From: a virus
Taxonomy: Duplodnaviria; Caudoviricetes
Strand: one strand, 5' to 3'
Length of the DNA stretch: 64,000 nucleotides
IMG/VR virus record: IMGVR_UViG_3300043395_004688
Made by a program: the position numbers and the translations under genes
The notes under the pieces: model-generated
Databases searched by the model: none
The model's input: the letters and a program-made list of their open reading frames with translations, nothing else
What the model was told of the DNA's origin: nothing
Shown here: one piece after another, positions 28,273-36,055 of the stretch
Layout: the number at the start of each line of letters is the position of its first letter
How positions within the stretch are numbered: the first letter of the stretch is position 1

Positions 28273-29134
28273 ATTTAAAGTAAGCGAAATCTTTTACTCA
28301 GCACAAGGTGAAGGACGCTTTGTAGGTGTGCCCAGTGTGTTCTTTAGAACATTTGGTTGTAACTTCAAGTGTGCAGGATTTGGTTTGCCCAAGGGCGAAA
28401 AAACCACAGAGCCTGATGAGATTGGTAAAAGTGTTCACTTATACAAGACATTCAACGACTTGCCATTGGCCAAAGCCGGTTGCGATAGCTATGCTAGCTG
28501 GCATCCTGCCTTTAAGCATTTGAGTCCAACTTATACAGTTGATCAAAGCATTGATGCAATGCTGGCATTGACTCCCAACCATCACTGGAAGCAAAACAAC
28601 GGCAATGATGTTCATTTGGTTGTTACTGGCGGTGAACCGTTGCTGGGATGGCAACAGCTATATCCTGCACTACTGAGTCATCCTAGAATGACAGACCTCG
28701 ACAACCTGACATTTGAAACCAATGGTACTCAAATGTTGCATGACGAATTTTACGATTATCTTTTCCAGGACTGGACTAGGTTTGGTCGCGATGCTGATAA
28801 TCTTACATTTAGTGTTAGCCCTAAGCTTAGTGCCAGCGGCGAGCGTTGGGAACAAGCTATCAAGCCAGATGTAGTACAACAGTATCAAACTGTTGGGCAT
28901 GTTTATTTGAAATTTGTAATTGAAAAAATTGAAGACTTTGAAGAAGTAGATCAAGCAGTTATGGAATTTAGAGCTGGTGGCTTTGGTGGACAGGTCTATG
29001 TAATGCCCGTAGGTGGCACTGATGCCGCTTACTTTGCAAACAACAAACACATTGCTGACGAAGCTTTAGCAAGAGGTTATCGTTACAGCCCAAGATTGCA
29101 TGTGGACATTTGGAGCAACGGATGGGGCAAATGA
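28265..29134 (+). CDS. queE: 7-carboxy-7-deazaguanine synthase (radical SAM)
   Basis: SEIFYSAQGEG, RTFGCNFKC..(insert)..CDS, VVTGGEPL, FETNGT, SVSPKL, SPRLH. Confidence 0.9.
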   Translation: MNEFKVSEIFYSAQGEGRFVGVPSVFFRTFGCNFKCAGFGLPKGEKTTEPDEIGKSVHLYKTFNDLPLAKAGCDSYASWHPAFKHLSPTYTVDQSIDAMLALTPNHHWKQNNGNDVHLVVTGGEPLLGWQQLYPALLSHPRMTDLDNLTFETNGTQMLHDEFYDYLFQDWTRFGRDADNLTFSVSPKLSASGERWEQAIKPDVVQQYQTVGHVYLKFVIEKIEDFEEVDQAVMEFRAGGFGGQVYVMPVGGTDAAYFANNKHIADEALARGYRYSPRLHVDIWSNGWGK

Positions 29135-29469
29135 AAGCTCAAATTCCAGCAGTAGGAATACTCAAGCGCAGTGATTATGGCGATAGCAAATCTTATCAGA
29201 TTGTGTGCGAGTGCCATAATCCTAATCATGACCATAATGTTTGGGTAGAAGCCGAAGATACCGGAGTTACTGTTACCACCTATACAACTCAAGTAACCAA
29301 GCTCTGGGAACTAAGCAGATGGAAAACTATCTGGATTCTTTTAACCAAGGGCTATGTTGAATACCAAGCAAGTATTATTATGACTCAGCAACAGGCGCTG
29401 AATTATGCTGAAACTTTGAAATCAGCCGTTAGCGATGTAACAAACCTTCGAAAAAGTTCTAAACCTTGA
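29131..29469 (+). CDS. Hypothetical protein
   Basis: ATGA overlap with queE; CECH motif. Confidence 0.6.
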   Translation: MKAQIPAVGILKRSDYGDSKSYQIVCECHNPNHDHNVWVEAEDTGVTVTTYTTQVTKLWELSRWKTIWILLTKGYVEYQASIIMTQQQALNYAETLKSAVSDVTNLRKSSKP

Positions 29470-29480
29470 TATATACGGCT

Positions 29481-29753
29481 ATGAACACCAAAATTCAAAC
29501 ATGGACACATTCGTGCTCTACTAGTGGTACATTTGTTGTATTGCGACTAGATGAGATTTGCCCGCGATGCCTTATTAATCACCAACTCCATGCCCTCCGC
29601 CACGATGGATTTTTAGTTACTCCTGCCAGCAACCCTAAGAAATTTTTAGAAAAGAGTAAGGTTAAGCTTGCAGCTTTATTTGCTCCTAAGCAACAGATTA
29701 AAAAGAACATAGATGAAGATGAGCAAACACAGCACCTCCATAGAATCGGATAA
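29481..29753 (+). CDS. Hypothetical protein with a possible Zn ribbon
   Basis: HSC ... CPRC; preceded by gatatata-N5-ATG. Confidence 0.5.
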   Translation: MNTKIQTWTHSCSTSGTFVVLRLDEICPRCLINHQLHALRHDGFLVTPASNPKKFLEKSKVKLAALFAPKQQIKKNIDEDEQTQHLHRIG

Positions 29754-29928
29754 GCATGCCAGTGACACAAATCCGTGTCTTGGCATTTGTCAATCGGACG
29801 CAAAAGGATACTGCATAGGCTGCTATCGCACACAAGACGAAAGAGAAAAGTGGTACACTGAATCAGTCAAGTGGCGCGAGCAAACTTTAAAAGAATTGTC
29901 CTTGAGGGAGACAAGGGCCTTTGAATGA
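29713..29928 (+). CDS. DUF1289-like small Cys-rich (Fe-S-type) protein
   Basis: NPCLGICQSDAKGYCIGCYRTQDER.KW. Confidence 0.75.
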   Translation: MKMSKHSTSIESDKHASDTNPCLGICQSDAKGYCIGCYRTQDEREKWYTESVKWREQTLKELSLRETRAFE

Positions 29929-30830
29929 TAAACATTGCTCGACCTGTTAAATTATTAAATTTACTTTCGCGCGATAGCTGGATCTCTCTGCTTCAGTCTC
30001 CAAGGTTATTGCTCAACTACGAATACCACGATATTGCTTTTTTTGCATTACTGGCTTATATTAAGAAGCCCAGTAACATATTAGACCTGGGCAGCTACAC
30101 TGGCTTTTTGCCTTTTTTGGTCGAGCGGGTAACATTGCTATCCAACTCATCTCAAAGATATAATTGGACTTTGGTTGATGATTCTAGGTATCTCAGTGAA
30201 CTAAGGTCGTCTATTATTAACAATAATCCATTGAGTGGAAAAGGACTCAAAGAAGTACACAAAATAAGTTGGCTTAAAAGTAGAGTGCCTCCTACCATTG
30301 GTTCAATTTTAAACGAACATGGCGATTATTATTTGCCGCCGGTTGAACCCAACGAGTTTGCTGATTTTTGGAAAAAGTTTTCTTGGGTCGTTAGCATAGA
30401 GCAGCCCCAAATGTCTATGTACAAAACTTTAGAAAGCGTTCCTCCGGATCTAAAATTTGACTTGGTGCATTTTGATCTGGCAGCAGGCAATACAGAAAAC
30501 TCAGAAGTGTTTAACTACCTGAGACAAAACTATCTAAAGGACGACTCTATCGTTGTTTTTGATGATGTTGAAATTGCACATCCTAAAATGTTGCTGTTTT
30601 TCTTGGATGTTATAGAGCAGACTGAATACAGACCAGTTGCCATTGGAATGCAAAAAATTGCAGTAATGAACCGAGCATACAAAGATGCTTTCATTGACAT
30701 AACTAGTCAACTAGGCCTGTTGGACTTCAGTAGCGAACCTTTTAGAGATAAGTCCAATGAAGCCTACAAATTTTTCCCCGAAACAAGCAGTCGTTGGGGA
30801 CAGTATCTTAACCTAAGGGCAAAAACCTAA
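29925..30830 (+). CDS. Class I SAM-dependent methyltransferase-like protein
   Basis: ILDLGSYTG, FDLVHFD, IVVFDD. Confidence 0.65.
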   Translation: MINIARPVKLLNLLSRDSWISLLQSPRLLLNYEYHDIAFFALLAYIKKPSNILDLGSYTGFLPFLVERVTLLSNSSQRYNWTLVDDSRYLSELRSSIINNNPLSGKGLKEVHKISWLKSRVPPTIGSILNEHGDYYLPPVEPNEFADFWKKFSWVVSIEQPQMSMYKTLESVPPDLKFDLVHFDLAAGNTENSEVFNYLRQNYLKDDSIVVFDDVEIAHPKMLLFFLDVIEQTEYRPVAIGMQKIAVMNRAYKDAFIDITSQLGLLDFSSEPFRDKSNEAYKFFPETSSRWGQYLNLRAKT

Positions 30831-30831
30831 A

Positions 30832-31155
30832 ATGTTTAAATTCATAAAAAATCTATTCAATCGCAAACCTACTGCTAAGAGTATGCGAGACAATCCAGAA
30901 CCTTGGGTACAGGTTATCAAAGCTAATTTAGATCCAAGTAATCCCAAGCAAGGTTATTTTGAACTTGAATGGAACCCGGCCTTTGTGCGTCATTTAATGG
31001 ATCATGGATATCGTGGACCTACTCCCGAAGATATTGTTGATCAATGGTTCACAGAGCTGTGCCGCAATGTTGGCATGGATGGTGTTGCTGAAGGGTCGTT
31101 TGTGGCAGACGCAGGTAGAATGTCCACTAACGAAAAAACACGCAAGCAAGAGTAA
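30832..31155 (+). CDS. Hypothetical protein
   Basis: FELEWNPAFV..L...GY.G ... IVDQWF.ELC. Confidence 0.6.
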   Translation: MFKFIKNLFNRKPTAKSMRDNPEPWVQVIKANLDPSNPKQGYFELEWNPAFVRHLMDHGYRGPTPEDIVDQWFTELCRNVGMDGVAEGSFVADAGRMSTNEKTRKQE

Positions 31156-31157
31156 AC

Positions 31158-31859
31158 ATGCAGGATCGTAAAAAGCTAATCTATGGCAAAGGTTGGTTGT
31201 TAAAAAAATCTTATATCAAAGACTCTTTGATTGATATATTTTACGATCGCATAGATCGATTAGGACCGCGGCGAGCCATTGACATCAATAAAAACTACGC
31301 CGAAGGTGCTGGAATACTTGATTTAGGCAAGCTGGCTATTTGGTGGAGTCAACAGGTTCTAGACTGGCCTGAATTTCAAAGCATTGAAAAAATAACATTT
31401 GACCTAGTTCGTAGTATTTTACTAGATCCAAGACTGTATGCGGCTGATGTTGTGACCATTGAACCTGGTAGCAACATTATAAATCCTCATGTAGATACTC
31501 CGCATCGTTTTCCAGAATGGAATTTTGATCAGCGACTATTGGCACTACAGTTGATCATTCCTTTGCACGACATTGACAGCAAGTCAGGCAGCACTGGATT
31601 GGTTGATCAAAGCCAGCTTGAAAATTATCCCATTGACGATTGCTACCAAGGCAAATATAATCAAAGCTTTTTGGATCTAGTCAAGCAACCAAAAATGCCC
31701 AAAGGATCTGTGCTGTGCTATAACGCAAGGCTCTTGCATTCAAGTATGCCCAATCCAAGTACTCGACCTAGAAAAGCATTGCTGATCCACTATTGCGAAT
31801 CCAGTATCATTAAAGCTCTTCGGTCCATTGATAACATTTGGTCATCATTGGTGCCTTAA
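31158..31859 (+). CDS. Phytanoyl-CoA dioxygenase (PhyH)-family Fe(II)/2OG oxygenase
   Basis: PHVD (HxD), IIPLHD....GST, GSVLCYNARLLHSS..N....PRKALL. Confidence 0.85.
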   Translation: MQDRKKLIYGKGWLLKKSYIKDSLIDIFYDRIDRLGPRRAIDINKNYAEGAGILDLGKLAIWWSQQVLDWPEFQSIEKITFDLVRSILLDPRLYAADVVTIEPGSNIINPHVDTPHRFPEWNFDQRLLALQLIIPLHDIDSKSGSTGLVDQSQLENYPIDDCYQGKYNQSFLDLVKQPKMPKGSVLCYNARLLHSSMPNPSTRPRKALLIHYCESSIIKALRSIDNIWSSLVP

Positions 31860-31876
31860 AAAACTAGAACACAGAA

Positions 31877-32638
31877 ATGACTTTAAAAGTAATAGGGGTA
31901 TACTCTAGTAACTCTAGACTGGATCGTAACAAAGTTCTACAAGACACTACTATAAACAAAGAAATTTATAGTGGGAATGAGTGGCGGGAGGATACACCTG
32001 TTACAGATACACATCAACTTTCTAGTGCTACGCGATTATCAAGACTTACTGAAATAACCAAGCAACTGCTGTCTACACCTATTACAAAATTACCACAAGA
32101 CTATATTATACTTTCACCTGGCGGTGTACATGGTGATAAACATTTCGCATCACCGGAACGAGCAAAAAGAGATGGCATTTCATATATACGACAACGAGTT
32201 AATCAAGTAAACATCTTTGCCAAAGAAGAGCTTGATCGACTTAATAAAAAAATTAATACCAGTGTACAGGGCGGGGCACTAGGCGAAAACATATTGACAG
32301 AAGGATTTGATATTGACTCGTTGCCGCTGAATACAATATTAAAAATTGGAAATGAAGTAACATTACGAGTCTCGGCACGCCGATCATTTTGTGCTAAATT
32401 CATTGGGGCATTTTATAGAAAGGATTACTTTACAAAAAATGATCACGATAAATTTGACAAAGAGAGGACAGGTCTTGCTACACAAGTAATAACAGGTGGT
32501 ATTGTTAAAGTAGGCGACTTGATAGAAATTATCATGCCAGCCACACATGTACCGCTTACAATAAAAGGAGCCATGGTAAAATTTGAATTGCACAATCCAA
32601 ATGATCCGACTTCTCCGCCAATCCCGGACCTAAAGTAG
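31877..32638 (+). CDS. MOSC-domain protein (YiiM-like)
   Basis: GVHGDKH, GALGENILTEG, LKIGNEV.LRVSARRSFCAKF, GIVKVGD.IEI. Confidence 0.75.
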   Translation: MTLKVIGVYSSNSRLDRNKVLQDTTINKEIYSGNEWREDTPVTDTHQLSSATRLSRLTEITKQLLSTPITKLPQDYIILSPGGVHGDKHFASPERAKRDGISYIRQRVNQVNIFAKEELDRLNKKINTSVQGGALGENILTEGFDIDSLPLNTILKIGNEVTLRVSARRSFCAKFIGAFYRKDYFTKNDHDKFDKERTGLATQVITGGIVKVGDLIEIIMPATHVPLTIKGAMVKFELHNPNDPTSPPIPDLK

Positions 32639-32641
32639 GTC

Positions 32642-32670
32642 TTGACAACTCAACCCTTTAATGTTATACT
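32642..32670 (+). promoter_or_regulatory. Sigma70-type promoter giving a leaderless RNase H transcript
   Basis: TTGACA-17-TATACT with TG extension; ATG 6 nt later; no SD. Confidence 0.85.
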
Positions 32671-32676
32671 ATTCAC

Positions 32677-33660
32677 ATGAGCTACTTACTTGTTGATGCC
32701 GCAAATCTTTTCTTCCGTGCTCGTCATGTGATCCGTAATGGTGATCCTGAAGAGCGTGTAGCTATGAGCTACCACATTATTCTTGCCGCAGTCCTTAAAC
32801 AATGGCGCGATAGGCAGGGCAAGCATGTGGTATTCTGCTTTGAAGGTCGTAGCTGGCGTAAGGATCACTATGCTCCTTATAAGGCGCAGAGAGCAGATGC
32901 TCGAGCCAAACATACTGTCAAAGAAGCCGAAGAAGAAAAGCTTTTTTGGGAAAGCTTTGACAAGTTCTACGAGTACATTAGCACCAAGACCAATGTGACA
33001 GTTCTTCGCAACGCAGTTTGCGAAGCTGACGACTTTATTGCTCGTTGGATTCACTTGCACCCGAATGACAATCATATTATTGTTTCTAGCGACAGCGACT
33101 TCGAACAACTCATTGCACCCAATGTGCAACTGTACAACGGCATCGCTGGTGTGCTGACCACACACGAAGGCTACTACGACGACAAGGGCCGTGCTGTAGT
33201 TGACAAGAAGACCAAGGAAGTCAAGCCAGCGCCAGATCCTGAGTGGCTGCTTTTTGAAAAATGTATGCGCGGTGATACCAGCGATAACATCTTTAGTGCG
33301 TACCCTGGTGTTCGTGAAAAAGGTTCTAAAAACAAGGTTGGTCTTAGAGAAGCCTTTGCTGATAGAAACAACAAAGGATTCATGTGGAACAATCTCATGC
33401 TACAGCGTTGGACCGACCACGAAGGAGTCGAACACCTGGTGCGAGATGATTACGAACGAAATCGTGCTATCATTGACCTAACTGCACAACCTGACAATAT
33501 TAAGGCAGTATTAGACGAAACAATTGCCCAAGCAGTTCAGCGTGAGCGAGTACCAAACGTAGGTACCCATTTTATGAAGTTCTGTGGTAAGTATGGATTA
33601 CAAAAGGCTTCTGAAAATGCTCAATATCATTCTGATTGGATGGCGTCATCGTATAACTAA
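32677..33660 (+). CDS. rnh: T4-type RNase H / 5'-3' exonuclease (FEN family)
   Basis: LLVDAANL, SWRKDHYAPYKAQR, CEADDFIA, VSSDSDFEQL, GDTSDNI. Confidence 0.9.
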   Translation: MSYLLVDAANLFFRARHVIRNGDPEERVAMSYHIILAAVLKQWRDRQGKHVVFCFEGRSWRKDHYAPYKAQRADARAKHTVKEAEEEKLFWESFDKFYEYISTKTNVTVLRNAVCEADDFIARWIHLHPNDNHIIVSSDSDFEQLIAPNVQLYNGIAGVLTTHEGYYDDKGRAVVDKKTKEVKPAPDPEWLLFEKCMRGDTSDNIFSAYPGVREKGSKNKVGLREAFADRNNKGFMWNNLMLQRWTDHEGVEHLVRDDYERNRAIIDLTAQPDNIKAVLDETIAQAVQRERVPNVGTHFMKFCGKYGLQKASENAQYHSDWMASSYN

Positions 33661-33979
33661 AATTTTTATTTTTTGCGGATTAGCTGGGCTGGCCGTATGG
33701 GCACTCCCTGCAATCGCACAAGCCTTCTTGCTCAGAACAAATTGGGTATGTAGTAATACTCAAACAGTTGTTGAGGCTCTCAAAGAAGCCAATGAATCAG
33801 TTAGAGCAATCGGCAAGTCACAGACTAGCGATAACGAATCCATAATTATGTCGATTTGGGTTGCTAAAGACGGCAGTTGGAGTATCATTGCCACTAGTCA
33901 AAAAGATCCTAGCGTAAGCTGTGTTGTGATCACTGGCGACGGATTTACTAGATATAACTTATCCAAAGATTCCATTTAA
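33617..33979 (+). CDS. Hypothetical exported protein (start uncertain)
   Basis: Hydrophobic signal-like segment ending AQA; two Cys. Confidence 0.45.
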   Translation: MLNIILIGWRHRITKIFIFCGLAGLAVWALPAIAQAFLLRTNWVCSNTQTVVEALKEANESVRAIGKSQTSDNESIIMSIWVAKDGSWSIIATSQKDPSVSCVVITGDGFTRYNLSKDSI

Positions 33980-34004
33980 GCCCTGTTTAATAGGTTCATT
34001 ATAT

Positions 34005-34029
34005 ATGCACTTTTGCTAAATAAGTGCAT
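34005..34029 (+). promoter_or_regulatory. Late-type promoter GCTAAATA (34015-34022) inside an 8-bp inverted repeat that overlaps the ATG
   Basis: atgcactt-ttgctaaat-aagtgcat; ATG 34028 is 5 nt after the motif. Confidence 0.7.
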
Positions 34030-34339
34030 GAGTAGACCTAAGCCAACCATTATCCTAACACATACTAATCCAAGAACTTATAAGAGCGAAGAAGTTCTTG
34101 CGGCTGATGCGATCTATGCGGTTTTCTACAAAGATAAGCCTATTAACCTACGAACATTAAACAGCCTAGTTAGCTATCCTGGGCCAAAATACAAAAAAGT
34201 AAGCTTTAGCAATCCAGGACACGCATTTAACCTTGCAGATCGTTTGAACAAAATGTTTAAGGTAAACGATTTTTCTGTAGTTGAACTCAAGCAAGGAAGG
34301 CGCATCAATGAAGCAGGAACTAGCTACAAAGATAGTTGA
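34028..34339 (+). CDS. Hypothetical basic protein
   Basis: MSRPKP..., YPGPKYKKVSFSNPGHAFNLA.RLN..F. Confidence 0.7.
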   Translation: MSRPKPTIILTHTNPRTYKSEEVLAADAIYAVFYKDKPINLRTLNSLVSYPGPKYKKVSFSNPGHAFNLADRLNKMFKVNDFSVVELKQGRRINEAGTSYKDS

Positions 34340-34691
34340 GTACCTAGCTCAATATCCGCTTCCGCATATTTGGGGTAACACAAAAATAACCCCATATTCC
34401 GTTTTTAAAAATTATCAACCAGGGCGCCAAAAAGGACTAAGACTAACAACATTTGGTTGGGAGCTGATGAAGCCTCACTTTCGTTATTGGTCTTACAAAT
34501 GTCCAGCTGGATGGTCACCTAAACCCGGTCACTTGGTTGGATTAGAACAACACCTAGATTGGCCATATTATCACGGTGCTGGTTATTTTCGCATATTTGG
34601 TGAAAACGATGCCATGGAAATTCGCTTAGTAAACGACGACCTTGTATTATGGCTTGACGGTCTAAGTCGCAAAGCTCTTAACAATCGTTGA
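34308..34691 (+). CDS. Hypothetical protein
   Basis: AAGGAAGG RBS; GLRLT.FG and WPYY motifs. Confidence 0.6.
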   Translation: MKQELATKIVEYLAQYPLPHIWGNTKITPYSVFKNYQPGRQKGLRLTTFGWELMKPHFRYWSYKCPAGWSPKPGHLVGLEQHLDWPYYHGAGYFRIFGENDAMEIRLVNDDLVLWLDGLSRKALNNR

Positions 34692-34724
34692 TAACCAAGA
34701 TAGCATAAGCTGTACAATTAATCA

Positions 34725-34760
34725 TTGACCACAGAACAATTATGTACTATGTTCTGTGGT
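34725..34760 (+). promoter_or_regulatory. Probable sigma70 promoter inside a perfect 11-bp inverted repeat abutting the speD ATG
   Basis: TTGACC-17-TATGTT; accacagaaca (34728-34738) pairs with tgttctgtggt (34750-34760). Confidence 0.65.
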
Positions 34761-35153
34761 ATGAAGAAAACACAACTCATTGACCACTTTGTTACCAAAG
34801 ATGGCAAAACCTTTGCTGGCACTCATGTAATTCTAGACCTTTGGAATTGCGCTGGCTTAGATGATGAAGAACTAATTGATCGCGCTCTAAGGCAAAGTGT
34901 AAAGGCAGCTAAGGCTACCTTGTTACATATACACCTGCACAAATTTCAACCCAATGGCGGGATTTCAGGTGTTGCTGTTCTAGCTGAATCACACATGTCC
35001 ATCCACACATGGCCTGAACGCGGTTATGCTGCCTTAGATATTTTCATGTGCGGATCCGCCGATCCTTTGTTGACTGTTCCTGTGCTTGAAAAGCATTTTA
35101 AGCCTTCCAAGGTTGTACAGGAAAAATGGTATAGAGGCATGGTCTACGACTAA
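34761..35153 (+). CDS. speD: S-adenosylmethionine decarboxylase proenzyme (pyruvoyl-dependent)
   Basis: GTHVILDLW, FQPNGGISGVAVLAESHMSIHTWPE (ES cleavage site), LDIFMCG. Confidence 0.9.
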   Translation: MKKTQLIDHFVTKDGKTFAGTHVILDLWNCAGLDDEELIDRALRQSVKAAKATLLHIHLHKFQPNGGISGVAVLAESHMSIHTWPERGYAALDIFMCGSADPLLTVPVLEKHFKPSKVVQEKWYRGMVYD

Positions 35154-35190
35154 CCCGCCCTTGCGGTAACTTCTCAAACCACACCTGTTT

Positions 35191-35198
35191 TATAAATA
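35191..35198 (+). promoter_or_regulatory. T4-type late promoter TATAAATA, 5 nt before ATG 35204
   Basis: tataaata-ctttt-ATG. Confidence 0.75.
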
Positions 35199-35203
35199 CT
35201 TTT

Positions 35204-35638
35204 ATGAAGCACTGGCAACCTTATGTGCGGGCCAGCTGGGAACTAGTGGTAGAAGCACAAGGCACTACTCAGACTTATCTAGAGTCTGATGTTGAAGCAT
35301 TCTTGGTACATGTAATGGCCCGCAGTTTTGAGCGCACAGACTTTTGGTCTGTGCCGATTGCTATAAAAATGCTTGAGGCTAGATCCTTACCAAACAATCA
35401 AAAACAACCAGTGCTTAGATCAGTGGGCGAAGAATGTCTGTTCATTGATGCATGGGAGTTTAAGAAACCTCGTTGGCCTGGAGAAGCCTATTTTAAGCAG
35501 ATGGGCAGTATTGCATTTGGCATTGCTAGCGTGGCTACTAGGCCACCAGATGAGCTACTGGACATGGCAAGCTCGCAGTTCAACACCATGAGCCAAGTGC
35601 TCAGGGGCGTAAGGGACCTATATTTGTCTAAAAATTAA
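35204..35638 (+). CDS. Hypothetical protein
   Basis: 144-aa helical ORF; GEECLFI motif. Confidence 0.65.
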   Translation: MKHWQPYVRASWELVVEAQGTTQTYLESDVEAFLVHVMARSFERTDFWSVPIAIKMLEARSLPNNQKQPVLRSVGEECLFIDAWEFKKPRWPGEAYFKQMGSIAFGIASVATRPPDELLDMASSQFNTMSQVLRGVRDLYLSKN

Positions 35639-35652
35639 GCAAAACAAGGGGT

Positions 35653-35789
35653 TAGCTAAGTCATTGATTTTTAACACTTTTTTAGCCCTAGCTAAGTCAT
35701 TGATTTTAAAGAACTTTTAAAAGTGTTGCAAAAATGCCACATTTTTGAGCCAAAAAAAGTGAAAAAAAAGTGAAAAAAGAGGGGAAAAA
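35653..35789. repeat. Two 19-bp direct repeats, a 9-bp inverted repeat and four phased A-tracts
   Basis: tagctaagtcattgatttt at 35653-35671 and 35689-35707; aacactttt (35673-35681) / aaaagtgtt (35719-35727); A-tracts start at 35752, 35762, 35773 and 35785. Confidence 0.85.
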
Positions 35790-35792
35790 CGG

Positions 35793-35821
35793 TTGACTCA
35801 GTCCTAGGGTTCCCGTATACT
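35793..35821 (+). promoter_or_regulatory. Sigma70-type early promoter 1
   Basis: TTGACT-17-TATACT with A-tract UP region. Confidence 0.85.
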
Positions 35822-35830
35822 ATAAAAACT

Positions 35831-35998
35831 ATGAAACGGATCACATCAATCACTGTAAAGCTTCCGCGCCAAAAGCGCCGTTGTGTGGAACTTTACTCCG
35901 CAGATACGCCCTTTAAGGGCCGCATTGAGCGGAGCAAGGTTGCGTACAAGCGCCATGCTCGGACGCAAAAAGAGGTTGACAAGGATCTGGATCTTTAG
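35831..35998 (+). CDS. 55-aa basic protein with a weak ArfA-like pattern, not in the ORF track
   Basis: MKRITSITVKLPRQKRRCVELYSADTPFKGRIERSKVAYKRHARTQKEVDKDLDL; ATG 9 nt after the -10 box. Confidence 0.6.
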   Translation: MKRITSITVKLPRQKRRCVELYSADTPFKGRIERSKVAYKRHARTQKEVDKDLDL

Positions 35999-36004
35999 TA
36001 AACT
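35976..36004 (+). promoter_or_regulatory. Sigma70-type early promoter 2
   Basis: TTGACA-17-TAAACT; 9-bp hairpin at 36012-36032; AGGAG RBS. Confidence 0.8.
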
Positions 36005-36055
36005 AGGTACTGTGGTAGGATGGTCCTACCGCAAATCACACACAGGAGTGTTCGC

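Noticed and set aside
35653-35707. CRISPR array
   Set aside because: Only two 19-bp repeats with a 17-nt spacer, and no cas genes.
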